Part shown: piece after piece, positions 25,301 through 39,146 of the stretch | How positions within the stretch are numbered: position 1 is the first letter of the stretch | How the letters are laid out: each line of letters opens with the position of its first letter | Position numbers and translations under genes: made by a program | Assembly (NCBI GenBank): GCA_964187785.1 | Contig: OZ076417.1 | Location: 20,770,001 to 20,834,000, forward strand | DNA: 64,000 nucleotides | Origin: Amphiscolops sp. MND2022 | Taxonomy: Eukaryota | Direction of reading: 5' to 3' | The notes under the pieces: model-generated | What the model was told of the DNA's origin: nothing | What the model saw: only the letters and a program-made list of their open reading frames with translations | Databases searched by the model: none

Positions 25301-26776
25301 TGACAGTAAACTGATGAGCAGAAAAAAACTAGCTTAATTATTTGAATTTTAATTTCTCAAAATTATAGACATCACACAAAAAATAATCGTAAGCATGCAC
25401 ATTACACGAAGGAAGTGAAAGTACATTTAACTTCGGTGTTCTTAAATTTCATTGTATACGTTCTTCACCTTTCAAAACATGACGAAATAATGAAGTTAGT
25501 GGCTATTAATCAGGGTTGGCTTTTCATCGGATCAAAAATTTTTAATCCTGTTAAAATTATTATATTAGGCAAGATCAAATTGACTAAATCAGCACGCAGA
25601 ATACAGATTTTTGAAAAAAAATAAATGCAAAAGTTGGATCAGAAAACAAGTTTTGGAATTTTTCAACATCGCATTGATTTTTAGTCTTCGAATGAACAAA
25701 ATTTAAAGCGATGAGAATGGAACGAAAGTATGAAACTGCGGATTCGTAGATCAAATAACTCATCCGTGTCAAAAAACTGGACTATTTTGACCAAGTTTAA
25801 TCAAAGATGATTAGAACATTTTTAATAAGAAAGATTGTAATCAGCCAACTATTGGCTATCAAAACTTTCTATCAACATCGGCAGTAGAATTAGGTCTCAA
25901 AAATTGTAAAATCTCCTGCTTAAATTTGGAAATTCATCATCAGCATGTATCGATTATAATTCTTTCAACAGATATCTGGATATTATTCTCACAAATAAAT
26001 TATCCGGCAACGTCGAAAAAAAAAACAGCTTCGATTTTTGCTTTTCACTTTCCCAATCATCACAGTTTCTACAAAACTTTGCATCTATTCTACTACATTC
26101 GCATCCCTCTTTTCCGGGGGTTACGTTGAATAACTTGAAACCGTGCAACAAGGTTTTAACAAGGGAGGGGGACTGTACCTTCACAATTCTTATACAGCCA
26201 AAACAAGTGGAGGTCAATTTTATTGTTAGTTGGGGGTCCTCATTACAAGGGGTAGACAATATTGAAAGTCCAAAGTTCCACGGGATTCCTTCGGGAGACC
26301 AAATAGGGGGTGAGCGGGTTATGTTTGAAATGGATGCACCACAAAATGGTCAATTTATTCTAACTTTCTTACATGCCGGTTTAAAGAGACTAAATTGGCA
26401 GTCGGGGTAAAAGATACGCATTGACTATAAGCGGTTTCTTATATTCGGAATCCACTGTATGGCCGATTTTGAAATGTAACAAAATTACCAATCTATAAAG
26501 TAGGTATCATTTTGATCGAGTCAGTCATCTCAATTACTTTTGTTGGCTGTGTATGTCTCAGCCTTCCTCCTTCCGGAGCACTTGGCGTCCTGCCAGGTTT
26601 ACATTAGTCAAAGCATCGGATGCGCCGCTAGTCAAGTAATGGCACATCGCTCCGCTTCGCTTCCGCATGTGGGGCACCATACGTACTGTGTCTCCACAGC
26701 TGATCACATCTTTTTGTAACGCTTTAAAAATCGACCCTTTGTGTTACGTTTTTCATATCGGCCGTTTTGTTATGCC

Positions 26777-27213
26777 CAGGGGTGTTCAATAAATAATTAT
26801 GGGTAAAAATAATTATAATAAAAACATATTTATTTTTACACTCAAATGAATAAAAATTATTTTTGGATCTGTTAAAATGAAAATAATTATTCTTGAGATA
26901 ACTAAAACTAAGAGCGTTTAATTCAACATATCGTCAGCCAATTAAATTCGAAAATACAGACATCTTGAGCTTAATTCTAGAAATACCTTTGCCCAGTACC
27001 TTGGGCTACTGACTCAAAAGGTCGAAGAGTCCATTAAAAAAGCCCCGTCGCCGCGTTTTTGGGCTGAAATTTAACTTTTTGTTGATACTCGTTTTTCGCT
27101 GAGATTAAAAATAATTAAGAAAAATATTAAATTATTCATTTTTTCCACCCTGAAAATGAAATAATTCATTTTTATGCAATAATAATATCCGAATAAAATA
27201 TTGAACACCCTTG
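26777..27213. mobile_element. Non-autonomous hAT (MITE)
   Basis: TIRs caggggtgttcaata / tattgaacacccttg; 8-bp TSD gttatgcc / gtcatgcc (7 of 8 match). Confidence 0.75.
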
Positions 27214-27296
27214 GTCATGCCTAATAATCTTGTTGTTGTCATTTTGTGGCGTCCCCGTTCAAAATAAGAGTCTAGATGAATTTGATTTTCACTTAC

Positions 27297-27342
27297 CCAA
27301 TCTCTGCTTGATCGTCTTCATTTCGTCTTGGAGGTTAACAAT
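27297..27342 (-). CDS. ANK-NUDT9 gene exon 8 (coiled-coil bridge)
   Basis: Strong polypyrimidine acceptor cttcag|ATT and donor TTG G|GTAAGT; 46 nt, phase 0-1, exactly what links exon 7 to exon 9; IVNLQDEMKTIKQRL continues the heptad begun in exon 7. Confidence 0.8.
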
Positions 27343-30043
27343 CTGAAGCAGTAACAAGAGGAGAATGAAAGATATTCTAAGCATTGCAACTTACGTGGTG
27401 TCTCCGCCGAGAAACATTGGGCTAAACTTTGGATCCAACTCAACATAATTACGAATGTGCCCTCAATTACTACTCAAACATCTATCTATCAACCGACCAA
27501 CTCACTTCTACGTGATTATAAGTGAATGTATGAGTAGTATATGTTTTAAGTATACGTTTCCACTAGTATATCCGAAACACATTAACTGAAACATGAATTT
27601 GATGACGCAACCAAGCGATCAAGATCAATTGACGTAGACAAAAGCATATAGGCTCAACAACAGGGTAAACCTCCCAGCTTGTCAAAGTTCGAGATGTTTG
27701 CTTTTCTAAGTTTGAGATCGCAAAAGACGTTCGTTTTACGTCATGTACCTCTCTTGTCATGAAATGAATTGCGAAAACACAAATTGTTATAGGCACAGTG
27801 ATGAATTTTCAGTGATTCAAGTTTAGATGAAAGTTTAACAGGCAAATCAACATCATTTCGATCTACGTCAATGGATACCTGAATTTTTACGAATTACGCC
27901 CATTTATAACTAAATAAAGTAAGTTATAACCAAGTTAACAGGTGGTTGATCAAAAGGGGTGACCAAATAAGACAGATAAACACGCGAAGATGTCGATTAG
28001 GCGGTTCAAAGTTTCAACGTTTTTGACAGCTGAGTACAGCAATAGTGACGCTATTCACATCATACTTGGTTGTAGGTAAGCGATTGCAACATTTTTAGTC
28101 ATGCCTTGATTAGTCATGAGTCAATCAATCTCAGGTGAACTCGAGTCAAATTACCTGAAGTTATCAAACCATTAAGTAATCGAAGTAGACAATTTTTTAA
28201 AAAATTAAATAGATACGAATCATCTTTTTTTATTGCAACATATCTGTGCTTACTTTGCAAAAAGCATAATTGGCGGTTCAACTTTAATGAAGTTGTCCCG
28301 TTCAAAAAAGAATGCGTTTTGAGACACGTTTAGTTGTATCTCATATCTCAAAGACAAGCTCCGCTGAAAATGCTCTATACTGTCGTATCGGCTATTTTCT
28401 GTCCCCCCACCATCAAATTTTTAGAAAATTTACAGATATTTTTCAAAGTGGCCGAAGTAAAAATGACCTTTTTAGTCGGCGCTTCATGAAGTGAAACGCG
28501 ACTATTATAGTGACTCTTTTTTCAATCCACACGAACTGAACAAAATAGTTCTTGAAAGTTCTACGAAATTTTATGGTGCCAAATTGAAACATTTGGCTTA
28601 GTGAACTGAACCAAAAAGGTTTTTTATGTTTTTCCGCGTAACATACAAAATCAGGTCCCCCCTTTCAGATTTTTTCGGCATTGTGAGACTTTTTTCGAGA
28701 AAAATTTCATCATGAAAGGGTCCCCTTCAATTTTTAGATGTTTTGCAACGATGGATGTTGAACATCCGAAAGGATCCCCATTTAGCGCACGGGGGGCCCG
28801 CGCTAGCGGGCACCTGGCGCGCCATTTCCGTCGTTTGGGTTTTTTCGCGAGTTTGATACTCTTTTGTGAGTTTGATACTTCGAGTTTTTGTCACTTTCAT
28901 GTCCTTTTGCTAATTTTGAGCCTTAGATATGGCGCCGACTTAGGTTTTCAATCCGGTGACTGTTTCATTCGGTCAAACTTCTTGGGTTTTTCAGGTACTG
29001 AATACTTGTAAAGTAAGGAATACTTGACAGTTTGAAGTCCTTTCGCTATATCTGAGCCTTAGATCCTTAGATATGGCGTCAACTTATGCCGTTCCCGGCT
29101 TGTTTTCCATAACAGGGAGTTAACTTCTATTGGAATAGTTTTTCGTTTGAACAAAAAATTTTTTCACACATTTTGACTGTGATTATGTTGAAATGTAACT
29201 GATTTTGTGACTCAAAAAATGAAACTGTTGATTTCCTAATCAAAAATGCGTGAACTCATAAGGAGAGAAAGTGTGAACAAAATTTGAATTCAAGTTCTAA
29301 ACAGTCATCTTACAATGAACTTAAAACTGGATATTTCTGATTTAGTTCCAAGTCTTTGTTCTAATATTTTCATCAATTTTTCCATTTACAGAAAAGAGCT
29401 GTCGTATCTTCAAAACGTCAGTGAAAGCGCCGATTTGAAGAGAATTTAACGAACACAAAGACTACCAATTCATGGCATGTAACAAAATAGTTTTTGGTGC
29501 CAGTAAGAACTTGATTACCGAAAATAACAAGAGACGCTAAACGTGGCTGCGATTATAAACTGTACAGTTCAGTGGCAAACAAGCCGGGAACGGTCCAAGT
29601 CGGCGCCATTTCTAAGGCTCAAAAAGAGCAAAACGACTTCAAAGTATTCTCTTCTACAGTACACGCATGAAGATAAATTTGAAAAAATCCCGAAATTTTT
29701 TTGGTCTCCAGTTATCGCATAGTGTCAAAAATGTAAAAAGGGGGTCCTTGGGGAGTTTTTGAACATCCATTCTTTTGCAAAATTAAAAAAAAATTGAAGG
29801 GGGACCCTTCGGAGACATTAAACAAGACGAGAACGTCTAAAGTCGGCGCCATATCTAAGGTTCAAAAAGCGTAAAACACTTTTGAAAAAAAATTGAAATT
29901 TTTGAAAAAAAAATTTCTTTCAGAAGAAGTCGCATAGTGCCGAAAATGTAAAAGGGGGGACCCTTCTGGATTTATTAACAAACATTCCGTTGCAAAATAT
30001 CAAAAAACTCAAAGGGGGGACCCTTTGGGCACGTCCGGTTTTG

Positions 30044-33000
30044 TATGTTTCCTTTGGGGGACCCTTTGGAGTAGAGTTTGCATTGGGCGGACTTGGCCAG
30101 GTGCTCTGCGCAGAATTGTAAAAAGTGGACCGATCAGTGTGAGGATTGTAGTCTGAAGAAAAAAAAAAGGTCACTGCTATAGTCGGGCATTTTTCCTTAA
30201 AAGGAAAACGCGCCGACTAAAAAATGCGAAAAAAAGTCTCACAAAGCCGAAATAATCTGCACAAAAAATTTTGGTCAATGGCGGGACTCGAACCCACGTC
30301 CTTCTGCTTAGCAGATCTCAAAAAAGCCTAATTAACCTCTATACCAAGTGCCTGTAGGAGTAGTGTGGCGATCATTGTTAGTGCAAGTCCGCTTCTAAAA
30401 TAAAGCTTATTAAATCTGTCACTTCGTTGGTCTTAAAAAAAAAGAAACAAGCTGGGAACGGCCGAAGTCGACGCCATATCTAAGGCTCAAAAATAGCAAA
30501 AGGACTTCAAAGTGTCAAGTATTCTCTTCTACAGTACCCGCATGAGGAAAAAATTGAAAAAAGCCCATTTTTTTCGAAGTTTTTTTTCAATTTTTTTGGT
30601 CTCCGATAAGTCGCATAGTGCCGAAAATTGTAGAGGGGACCTCAAAAAAGCCTAATTATCCTCTATCTCAAGTGCCAGTAGAAGTAGTGTTGCATTTAGT
30701 GTTAGTTCAAGTCAGCTTATAAAGCTTATAAAATCTGTCACTTCGTTGGTCTTAAAAAAGAAAAGTCACTACTATAGTCTGCGTTTTTCTACGAAAAACG
30801 CTGACTAAAAATAAAACCCCTTATTAATATGAATGTTTGGATCACTCCTTTTGTCTGCTAATATCTCAAACTATTGATTATAAGGAGAAATATCTTTGAT
30901 TAAAGTTTCTTAAAAACGTTGCCGGCAAAAACTTTTCAGCTACTTAGCAAAAGGCTTGCGACATCTTCGGGTAGTACAAGTAGTACAAACCATGCTCTGG
31001 GTTTCTTTTACAGACAGAGGAAAAGCATTGCGAAAAACTGTCGAAGAAAGTTAGTTTCCACATTATCGCGGGGTGGACGCTGAACAAGCAATTCTGCTTT
31101 CTGAGTCGGCGCACTTTCGGATACTTTTTTTCGGAGAAAATTCGTCTTTGACAAGCCAGTTGATTTTTCCATTTTGGATCTTTTTCACATAGGTAATCTT
31201 CTTGATGCCCAGTCAAGTTAGAAAAGTTTGAAAAAGATTGAATATCAAAAGTTGCAACTTCATAATTTTAGGTTCTCATTTCAAGTTTTGTGTAAAAGCT
31301 AAATGCATTTATCACTTCTGATGTCACGAGTTTGTGCGCGTTTGCATTTGGATATGTTCTTCTAAGAATTCAGCCACAAATATGGGCTTTTCAACGTTTT
31401 GCAATACTTCTGTAACAAATACCAAAATTAAAAACCAGTTTCATTGTACGGTTTCCTGGGCCCAACATTCAGTAAAAACAATCAGAACCTGGTACTCATT
31501 AGAAGCAACAACCTAACACCTGAAATTGATTCATAAATCGGAAAACTTCTGAAACATTATACACAATTCTCAATACCAATTTCTTTTTTATTGCCAAGAA
31601 TTTCCATTTTATTTCAGAGGATGCAAAGTTTGCATCTATGTGAACGGAAACAATCAAGAATGAGGGTACTACTATACTCACAATTTGCAAGGAGCTCGAT
31701 GAGATAAAACGGAATTTCAGTCTTTAACCAGTCCAAATTGGCATACAAAGGGTGTTGGTAACAGTTAGACCCCACGATATCGTAAACACAGTAAAAGAGC
31801 ACACAAGAAAGAGTAGAAGTCTGAAGTTGAAACTCAGTGGATTTTAAAAGAGCAATTGTTTCACCGGCAGACAAACAAAACTTCTTTGCATTGAGAATGT
31901 TCTTGGTTCCCAGTTGAATGGTCGGCTGTCTGTCTTAACTCTTTCTCTTTGACGTAGTGCTTGGTACTATTAACTCTTACTGCAGCGTTTAATGGTGGTA
32001 GTAGAATTCAGTGTTTGTTATCTGTTAGCATGCTCTTATAACCACCAATTTATAACCATGCCAATGGCCAACTATTACAAACTTTACAATACTAGTATAA
32101 GCACCAAGGCTGAGGAAGGCAGGCAACCGCTTATTCAAACGAGGCCCAAGACTTCGTTATATCTCGGGTTAGTCCGCCAGAAACTATGTGAAAAGTTGCA
32201 ACCAATGGTTCTGTTTACTCAAAACTACCTTTCGTGTTCAGCGTTCAGTCTGTAACATCGTTTTGCAAGTTCTTCGAAAATAGCTCGGAAATGGGCCACG
32301 GCTTGGGGGTTACATTTTGTACATAGCTGAATAATAATCTAAGGCATAGCTCTTCTGGGGGACCCTATGTTTCCTTTGGGGGACCCTTTGGAGTAGAGTT
32401 TGCATTGGGCGGACTTGGCCAGGTGCTCTGCGCAGAATTGTAAAAAGTGGACCGATCAGTGTGAGGATTGTAGTCTGAAGAAAAAAAAGGTCACTGCTAT
32501 AGTCGGGCATTTTTCCTTAAAAGGAAAACGCGCCGACTAAAAAATGCGAAAAAAAGTCTCACAAAGCCGAAATAATCTGCACAAAAAATTTTGGTCAAGG
32601 GCGGGACTCGAACCCACGTCCTTCTGCTTAGCAGATCCCAAAAAAGCCTAATTAACCTCTATACCAAGTGCCTGTAGGAGTAGTGTGGCGATCATTGTTA
32701 GTGCAAGTCCGCTTCTAAAATAAAGCTTATTAAATCTGTCACTTCGTTGGTCTTAAAAAAAAAGAAACAAGCTGGGAACGGCCGAAGTCGGCGCCATATC
32801 TAAGGCTCAAAAATAGCAAAAGGACTTCAAAGTGTCAAGTATTCTCTTCTACAGTACCCGCATGAGGAAAAAATTGAAAAAAGCCCATTTTTTTCGAAGT
32901 TTTTTTTCAATTTTTTTTGGTCTCCGATAAGTTGCATAGTGCCGAAAATTGTAGAGGGGACCTCAAAAAAGCCTAATTATCCTCTATCTCAAGTGCCAGT

Positions 33001-34676
33001 AGAAGTAGTGTTGCATTTAGTGTTAGTTCAAGTCAGCTTATAAAGCTTATAAAATCTGTCACTTCGTTGGTCTTAAAAAAGAAAAGTCACTACTATAGTC
33101 TGCGTTTTTCTACGAAAAACGCTGACTAAAAATAAAACCCCTTATTAATATGAATGTTTGGATCACTCCTTTTGTCTGCTAATATCTCAAACTATTGATT
33201 ATAAGGAGAAATATCTTTGATTAAAGTTTCTTAAAAACGTTGCCGGCAAAAACTTTTCAGCTACTTAGCAAAAGGCTTGCGACATCTTCGGGTAGTACAA
33301 GTAGTACAAACCATGCTCTGGGTTTCTTTTACAGACAGAGGAAAAGCATTGCGAAAAACTGTCGAAGAAAGTTAGTTTCCACATTATCGCGGGGTGGACG
33401 CTGAACAAGCAATTCTGCTTTCTGAGTCGGCGCACTTTCGGATACTTTTTTTCGGAGAAAATTCGTCTTTGACAAGCCAGTTGATTTTTCCATTTTGGAT
33501 CTTTTTCACATAGGTAATCTTCTTGATGCCCAGTCAAGTTAGAAAAGTTTGAAAAAGATTGAATATCAAAAGTTGCAACTTCATAATTTTAGGTTCTCAT
33601 TTCAAGTTTTGTGTAAAAGCTAAATGCATTTATCACTTCTGATGTCACGAGTTTGTGCGCGTTTGCATTTGGATATGTTCTTCTAAGAATTCAGCCACAA
33701 ATATGGGCTTTTCAACGTTTTGCAATACTTCTGTAACAAATACCAAAATTAAAAACCAGTTTCATTGTACGGTTTCCTGGGCCCAACATTCAGTAAAAAC
33801 AATCAGAACCTGGTACTCATTAGAAGCAACAACCTAACACCTGAAATTGATTCATAAATCGGAAAACTTCTGAAACATTATACACAATTCTCAATACCAA
33901 TTTCTTTTTTATTGCCAAGAATTTCCATTTTATTTCAGAGGATGCAAAGTTTGCATCTATGTGAACGGAAACAATCAAGAATGAGGGTACTACTATACTC
34001 ACAATTTGCAAGGAGCTCGATGAGATAAAACGGAATTTCAGTCTTTAACCAGTCCAAATTGGCATACAAAGGGTGTTGGTAACAGTTAGACCCCACGATA
34101 TCGTAAACACAGTAAAAGAGCACACAAGAAAGAGTAGAAGTCTGAAGTTGAAACTCAGTGGATTTTAAAAGAGCAATTGTTTCACCGGCAGACAAACAAA
34201 ACTTCTTTGCATTGAGAATGTTCTTGGTTCCCAGTTGAATGGTCGGCTGTCTGTCTTAACTCTTTCTCTTTGACGTAGTGCTTGGTACTATTAACTCTTA
34301 CTGCAGCGTTTAATGGTGGTAGTAGAATTCAGTGTTTGTTATCTGCTAGCATGCTCTTATAACCACCAATTTATAACCATGCCAATGGCCAACTATTACA
34401 AACTTTACAATACTAGTATAAGCACCAAGGCTGAGGAAGGCAGGCAACCGCTTATTCAAACGAGGCACAAGACTTCGTTATATCTCGGGTTAGTCCGCCA
34501 GAAACTATGTGAAAAGTTGCAACCAATGGTTCTGTTTACTCAAAACTACCTTTCGTGTTCAGCGTTCAGTCTGTAACATCGTTTTGCAAGTTCTTCGAAA
34601 ATAGCTCGGAAATGGGCCACGGCTTGGGGGTTACATTTTGTACATAGCTGAATAATAATCTAAGGCATAGCTCTTC
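30044..34676. repeat. Recent 2.3-kb tandem duplication (30044-32355 and 32366-34676)
   Basis: ORF-track entries recur at offset 2321; at least 6 substitutions and 2 homopolymer indels seen between copies; 10-nt junction insert tgggggaccc at 32356-32365. Confidence 0.95.
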
Positions 34677-35344
34677 GAACTTTAACCCGGTGTCATAGAT
34701 GTTCTAACCAGAATGGAATCTTGAACTCATTCATCTTTAAAAGCCTCAAATGATTTACTTAGAAATAGACCAGAAACTCCGATTTTTCCAAATACCTTCT
34801 ATTGTGTTCTTATCCAAAAAAAGACCTAGAGGGACCACTGAAAGCTCAAACTACAAGGTCTTTCAAAAATTATGTCAACTTTAATTTCAAATATCTCAAT
34901 GCCTATTATTCAGAACGCAATGGTTTTCATATTTTCAAGATATGTAACTTTTGTTTTTGATACATTAAAAACTTATTCATCTATATTAGGTGCTGGAAAT
35001 GACCTCCATTCTGATCTTCACACAGCTGTAATCGCTTCCCAATATTGAATAATTTGCTTCATGACCCCCGGAAAGAAAAGGTAAAGAAAATTGAAATTTC
35101 CACAAAATTGACCGAAACAAAAAAAATCAATCAAAAGTTCCGATCTTTTTCTTTAAAACCTAAAAAAAAACATTTCTGTTAAATTTCTCTTCATTTTTCT
35201 CTTCAAGATAGTTTTGGCACACAATTTCTGAAAGACCCTGTAAAATGATGATAGCAATCTTTTCAAGACGGACACTATCAATAACAATAGCGGCGGGCAG
35301 GTGGTTCACCTGAAGATCTCAAACCAAATGACGAACAAACTGAC

Positions 35345-35574
35345 CTCGGTTGCCATTTCCTTTATGACCTCTTCGTCAACCCCTGTAGTGCTCTTGCCGG
35401 CAGTAGTAGCCGCAGCATCGTCATTGGCCGCCCATCTGTCGCTGTCACCAAGTAGTCCATATTTGGTACTCTTTCTCTCTCCGCTGAACTTGAGATTGCC
35501 AGAATCGTCTAGATTTTTGGTCCGGCTGCTGTACTTCTCGTGGTATGATGGCGGCGTGTATCTTTTGTTGTCAT
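35345..35574 (-). CDS. ANK-NUDT9 gene exon 7 (linker, start of coiled coil)
   Basis: tttcag|AT GAC...ACC GAG|GTCAGT; 230 nt, phase 1-0; DNKRYTPPSY...VDEEVIKEMATE. Confidence 0.8.
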
Positions 35575-37850
35575 CTGAAAAAGTTCAAAATTAATTATTA
35601 GTTTTCTAACTAGTTAACAAGGCGAACTTTGTCAGATGCAATCGAAGTTAAGCAGAAATTCTAATACCAGCTGGTTTAATGAAAACTTGGGAAATAAGCC
35701 TAGTGCAAAAACAACCTTTTGTTTTCAAGTGGAGAAATCAGTATCCGCTTTAAAAAAACTGTTTAGCCTATTTTGATGTTGAGCAACAATTGTCATATCA
35801 TGGTCTTGAATGGAGTCTATAAAGGTCATTGTATCTATTGTAGAATGAGTCTTGTTAATTAGATCTGAGGTTATATCTAAGTTGTATCTCGAGTTTTATC
35901 CATAAGGTGAGCGAGAGCCATAGTATAGTCGTTACAAGGGTAAGCTAAGCACCAGACATTTTTGCTTCTGAAATCGGCAATACGCCCCTAAAGGCTCGCT
36001 CAATTAGCGAATAATGCTTCAAAGTGAAGATCCAAAACATGAAGTCATCGTTTTGTTTGGATTTCCGTAAATTATCGAAGTAAATAGTGCTGTTAAGTAC
36101 AACAGTATAAATCATACCACGTGATTTCGTAGAGGTCGATGTGTTAGGTTTCGTTTTTTCCCGTTGAGTAAATGTTACCGCCAGCAAAAAACAAAACTTT
36201 TCTGCCTTCATTTAGACTTTCAGTCGCCAAAAATTCTCTGCCATCCATGTAGTAACATACATTTTTCTTGACTAGTAAAAATATGACGGCAAAGGCCGTT
36301 ATTTATTTTTGCATCAAAGAGATGCTATCTATCTAATTAAACTACCGGTTGTTTAATTCACTCCACAAGTTATTTACTAAATACACCTGTGCTCCTCGAT
36401 GGTAATTGAACCAAGTGAGCTGAACCAAGACGTCTAAAAATTTTTCAGTCTGCAAAACTACCACTGGCCGAGAGCTACATCTTGCAAAACCAGTTGACTT
36501 CAAGTGAATCGAAAGGCCACTAAAATTATGGCCTTTCTAGAATACTTTTCATTCATGTCACATTTATGAACGACTAAGTTTGAAATATACGAAACTGTAT
36601 TCTCGGTTACCAAATAAAACTATTGCAGTGAAAAAATATCAAGGACTGTCAACCGAATGATAGAATACTGCAAACTGAGTTAAAAATTTCACTTCTAGCT
36701 GAGTCAAAATAGAGTACTGTGATTAAGAAATCGTCCCCCTATGCGCTGAGCGTCGTTATCAACCAATTAGAATTGCGTATTTGCTCTCACTTTCGATTCC
36801 GATTGGCACATCAAGTGAAATCTCCTGCGCAGAAAGAACACTTCTGCTATTTTCCCAGTTTTGGGCAGGTTTTTGGAATACTTTTCTGAAAATTATAATT
36901 TCATCGAATTCTGCAGATTGTATAGAATTCAAAGATATATTTTTTGTTTCAAAAACATTCTAAATGAAAAAATAGGCCCCTCCGGGGCTCAGTACTATTT
37001 CTGCTTTAATCTTTATTTTTTTAAAACAAAAAATCATTAATAAAAGAATCATATCTGGAATACCAATACACTCCTGTTTAATCATTACTTAGAGCACAAT
37101 TAATCACTGTACAAGTTTACACCGCCTTTAATTCTTCTCGGACTAAAGAAAATATAACTAAGCGTAGACGAAGTTTCGCATTCGCATTTGAATGCAGGCG
37201 AAGCTCTCAACGAACGAATAATTAACACTCATTCGCTTCATCTCAATAACTCGGGGCAAAGAAGGCACAATTACGAACATTCGCTCGCTTCATCTCAATG
37301 ACGTCAGCATACGAATGGTTAATTACCACTCGCTCGTTCTATCGCACTAGAATTGAATTGTTGTCGGCAGCTTTCCCACGCTTACACTCACTGCCGAACA
37401 AAATATCTGAATTATTCAGTAGGACGAAATTTGACGACTGAAAAAAAAAAGGACCAACTTTGAGGTTACAATAACATTCCTGCTAAAGCAGAAATATTAA
37501 AAATAATCTTATTTATTTCCTATCTTAATACATGTAAATCGATGAAATTTTACCTTTCGAGCATGATATTTCGAAAACGGTTGAGAAATTCTCAACAGAT
37601 TTCGAGAAAATCGAGCCTAAAATTGTCCGGGGACGTTTTCTTAATCACAATACTGTACCTTGTAACAACAATTAAAAGAACCAAAAGAAGAACCAGGTCT
37701 CCTTTCGTAATGCCAGGCAGAAACAGTGAAAACTAATCCAACCAATAGAGGGACGCTATTTGTCAAACAAAATCCTCAAAAGGAACCAGTTTAACGAGTG
37801 ACACATATACGCGAGCCTATTAAAATAGGCCCCAGTGGGGGTCAGTAATA

Positions 37851-37994
37851 CAGTATGGTTCCAAAATGTTGAATACGGCAAACCTGTTTTTAAAAAACGG
37901 AAAATTCAACATGAACTAAACATAAGACAAAGAAATCATATCAAAGCAACTATTTCAAAATCGGGGCCGTATTCAACATTTTGGAACCATACTG
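37851..37994. mobile_element. 144-bp Tc1/mariner-type MITE nested in family B
   Basis: Perfect 29-bp TIR cagtatggttccaaaatgttgaatacggc; TA TSD. Confidence 0.9.
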
Positions 37995-38476
37995 TATTTC
38001 TGCTTCAGCCCACAAGAACCAATAACTTCAAAGTTCAATGATAAAAACATTTGAAATAACTACAATAAATCACTGTACCAGTTTACACCGCCGTAGATTT
38101 TTCTCGGATCATAAGCTTTCTTACTTGAACAAAGGAAAGTACACGACGTTTCGCATTCGTATTTTAATACAGGCGAAGCTCTCGGTGTACGAAAGTTAAA
38201 TACTCGTTCACTTATCTCAACAAAAGCGCTGCCTCGCTTCTACGAGAAATAAACAAAGTAGCTAAAGACTTGGAGTAGCGCTGCCTCACAGATACCAGAA
38301 TCGACGACTAAACGGGACGATAGAAGTCTGGAAAAACAGGCGTAGCCAATTCTATAAGATTTCAGCTCACGCAGAAAAAACAGACGACAAGTTGCTCGCG
38401 TTTTCTGAAACCTTAGAAACTTCTCAAATTTCAATGAAAACAACAATTTTACAAAGATTTAGAGCCCAAACTTTAC

Positions 38477-38695
38477 CCGAACATTTCAAGAACTGCTCTA
38501 TGATAGGACTGGCCGAGAAAGAGGTTAGTGAAGAAATAACAGGAACGTCTTCAGCATTGTGACCGGAGGAAGTCTTTTCGTCTTGGGCTGCTTGCGATTT
38601 CGTGACGTCATTAGCGGAAGCAAGAGAAGCCCGAGAAACAGGATTGAGAAGCGAAGAGTAGAGTGGAGAAGATTCACGCAGGTTAGTTTCAAAAA
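38477..38695 (-). CDS. ANK-NUDT9 gene exon 6 (Ser-rich linker)
   Basis: ttgcag|TT TTT GAA...TCG G|GTAAAG; 219 nt, phase 1-1, open only in this frame. Confidence 0.75.
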
Positions 38696-39146
38696 CTGCA
38701 AACAAAAAGCAAAGTAGTCAAGAAAAGAAACAACCGAATCAGGTTAATTCTTTTGACCCCTATTTCATACGAGGAGAAAAGTACTGATGTATGGTTTATT
38801 AATAATTTTTACGATTCGCGTACATTTTAGGGTCGATAGCAAACGACTTAACCTCAATTCCATTCATACCAAGAGACGTTGAAAATGAAAGCGAATGCCG
38901 TCAAAAGGGTAATGAAATTTCGAAAAACTAGCCATGAAGAGCAATTGAGCAAAATAGGCCTCTGCGGGACACAGTATCATTTCTGCTTTTGAGGCTTTCA
39001 TGTTCATTAGTAGAAACATATCTGGAAAATCTAAACACTCATGTTTAATGATTATATAGCACACAATTATCACTTTACCAATTTACACAGCTTTTAATTC
39101 TCGGACTAAAGAAAATATAACTACTAAGCTTAGACGAAGTTTCGTA

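Noticed and set aside
26560-26700. GC-rich minus-strand stretch as an extra exon between exons 7 and 9
   Set aside because: Matches the dispersed repeat at 63870-64000 and is not needed for phase continuity.
30944-32255. Cluster of short ORFs inside the tandem duplication, possibly a decayed transposase
   Set aside because: Many stops and frameshifts; no motif set I can assign with confidence.
35260-35344. 35-nt intron plus terminal exon (VNHLPAA...) ending the ankyrin gene independently
   Set aside because: Very short intron and AT-rich unconvincing frame; the heptad continuity with exon 27297-27342 is a better explanation. Not fully excluded.
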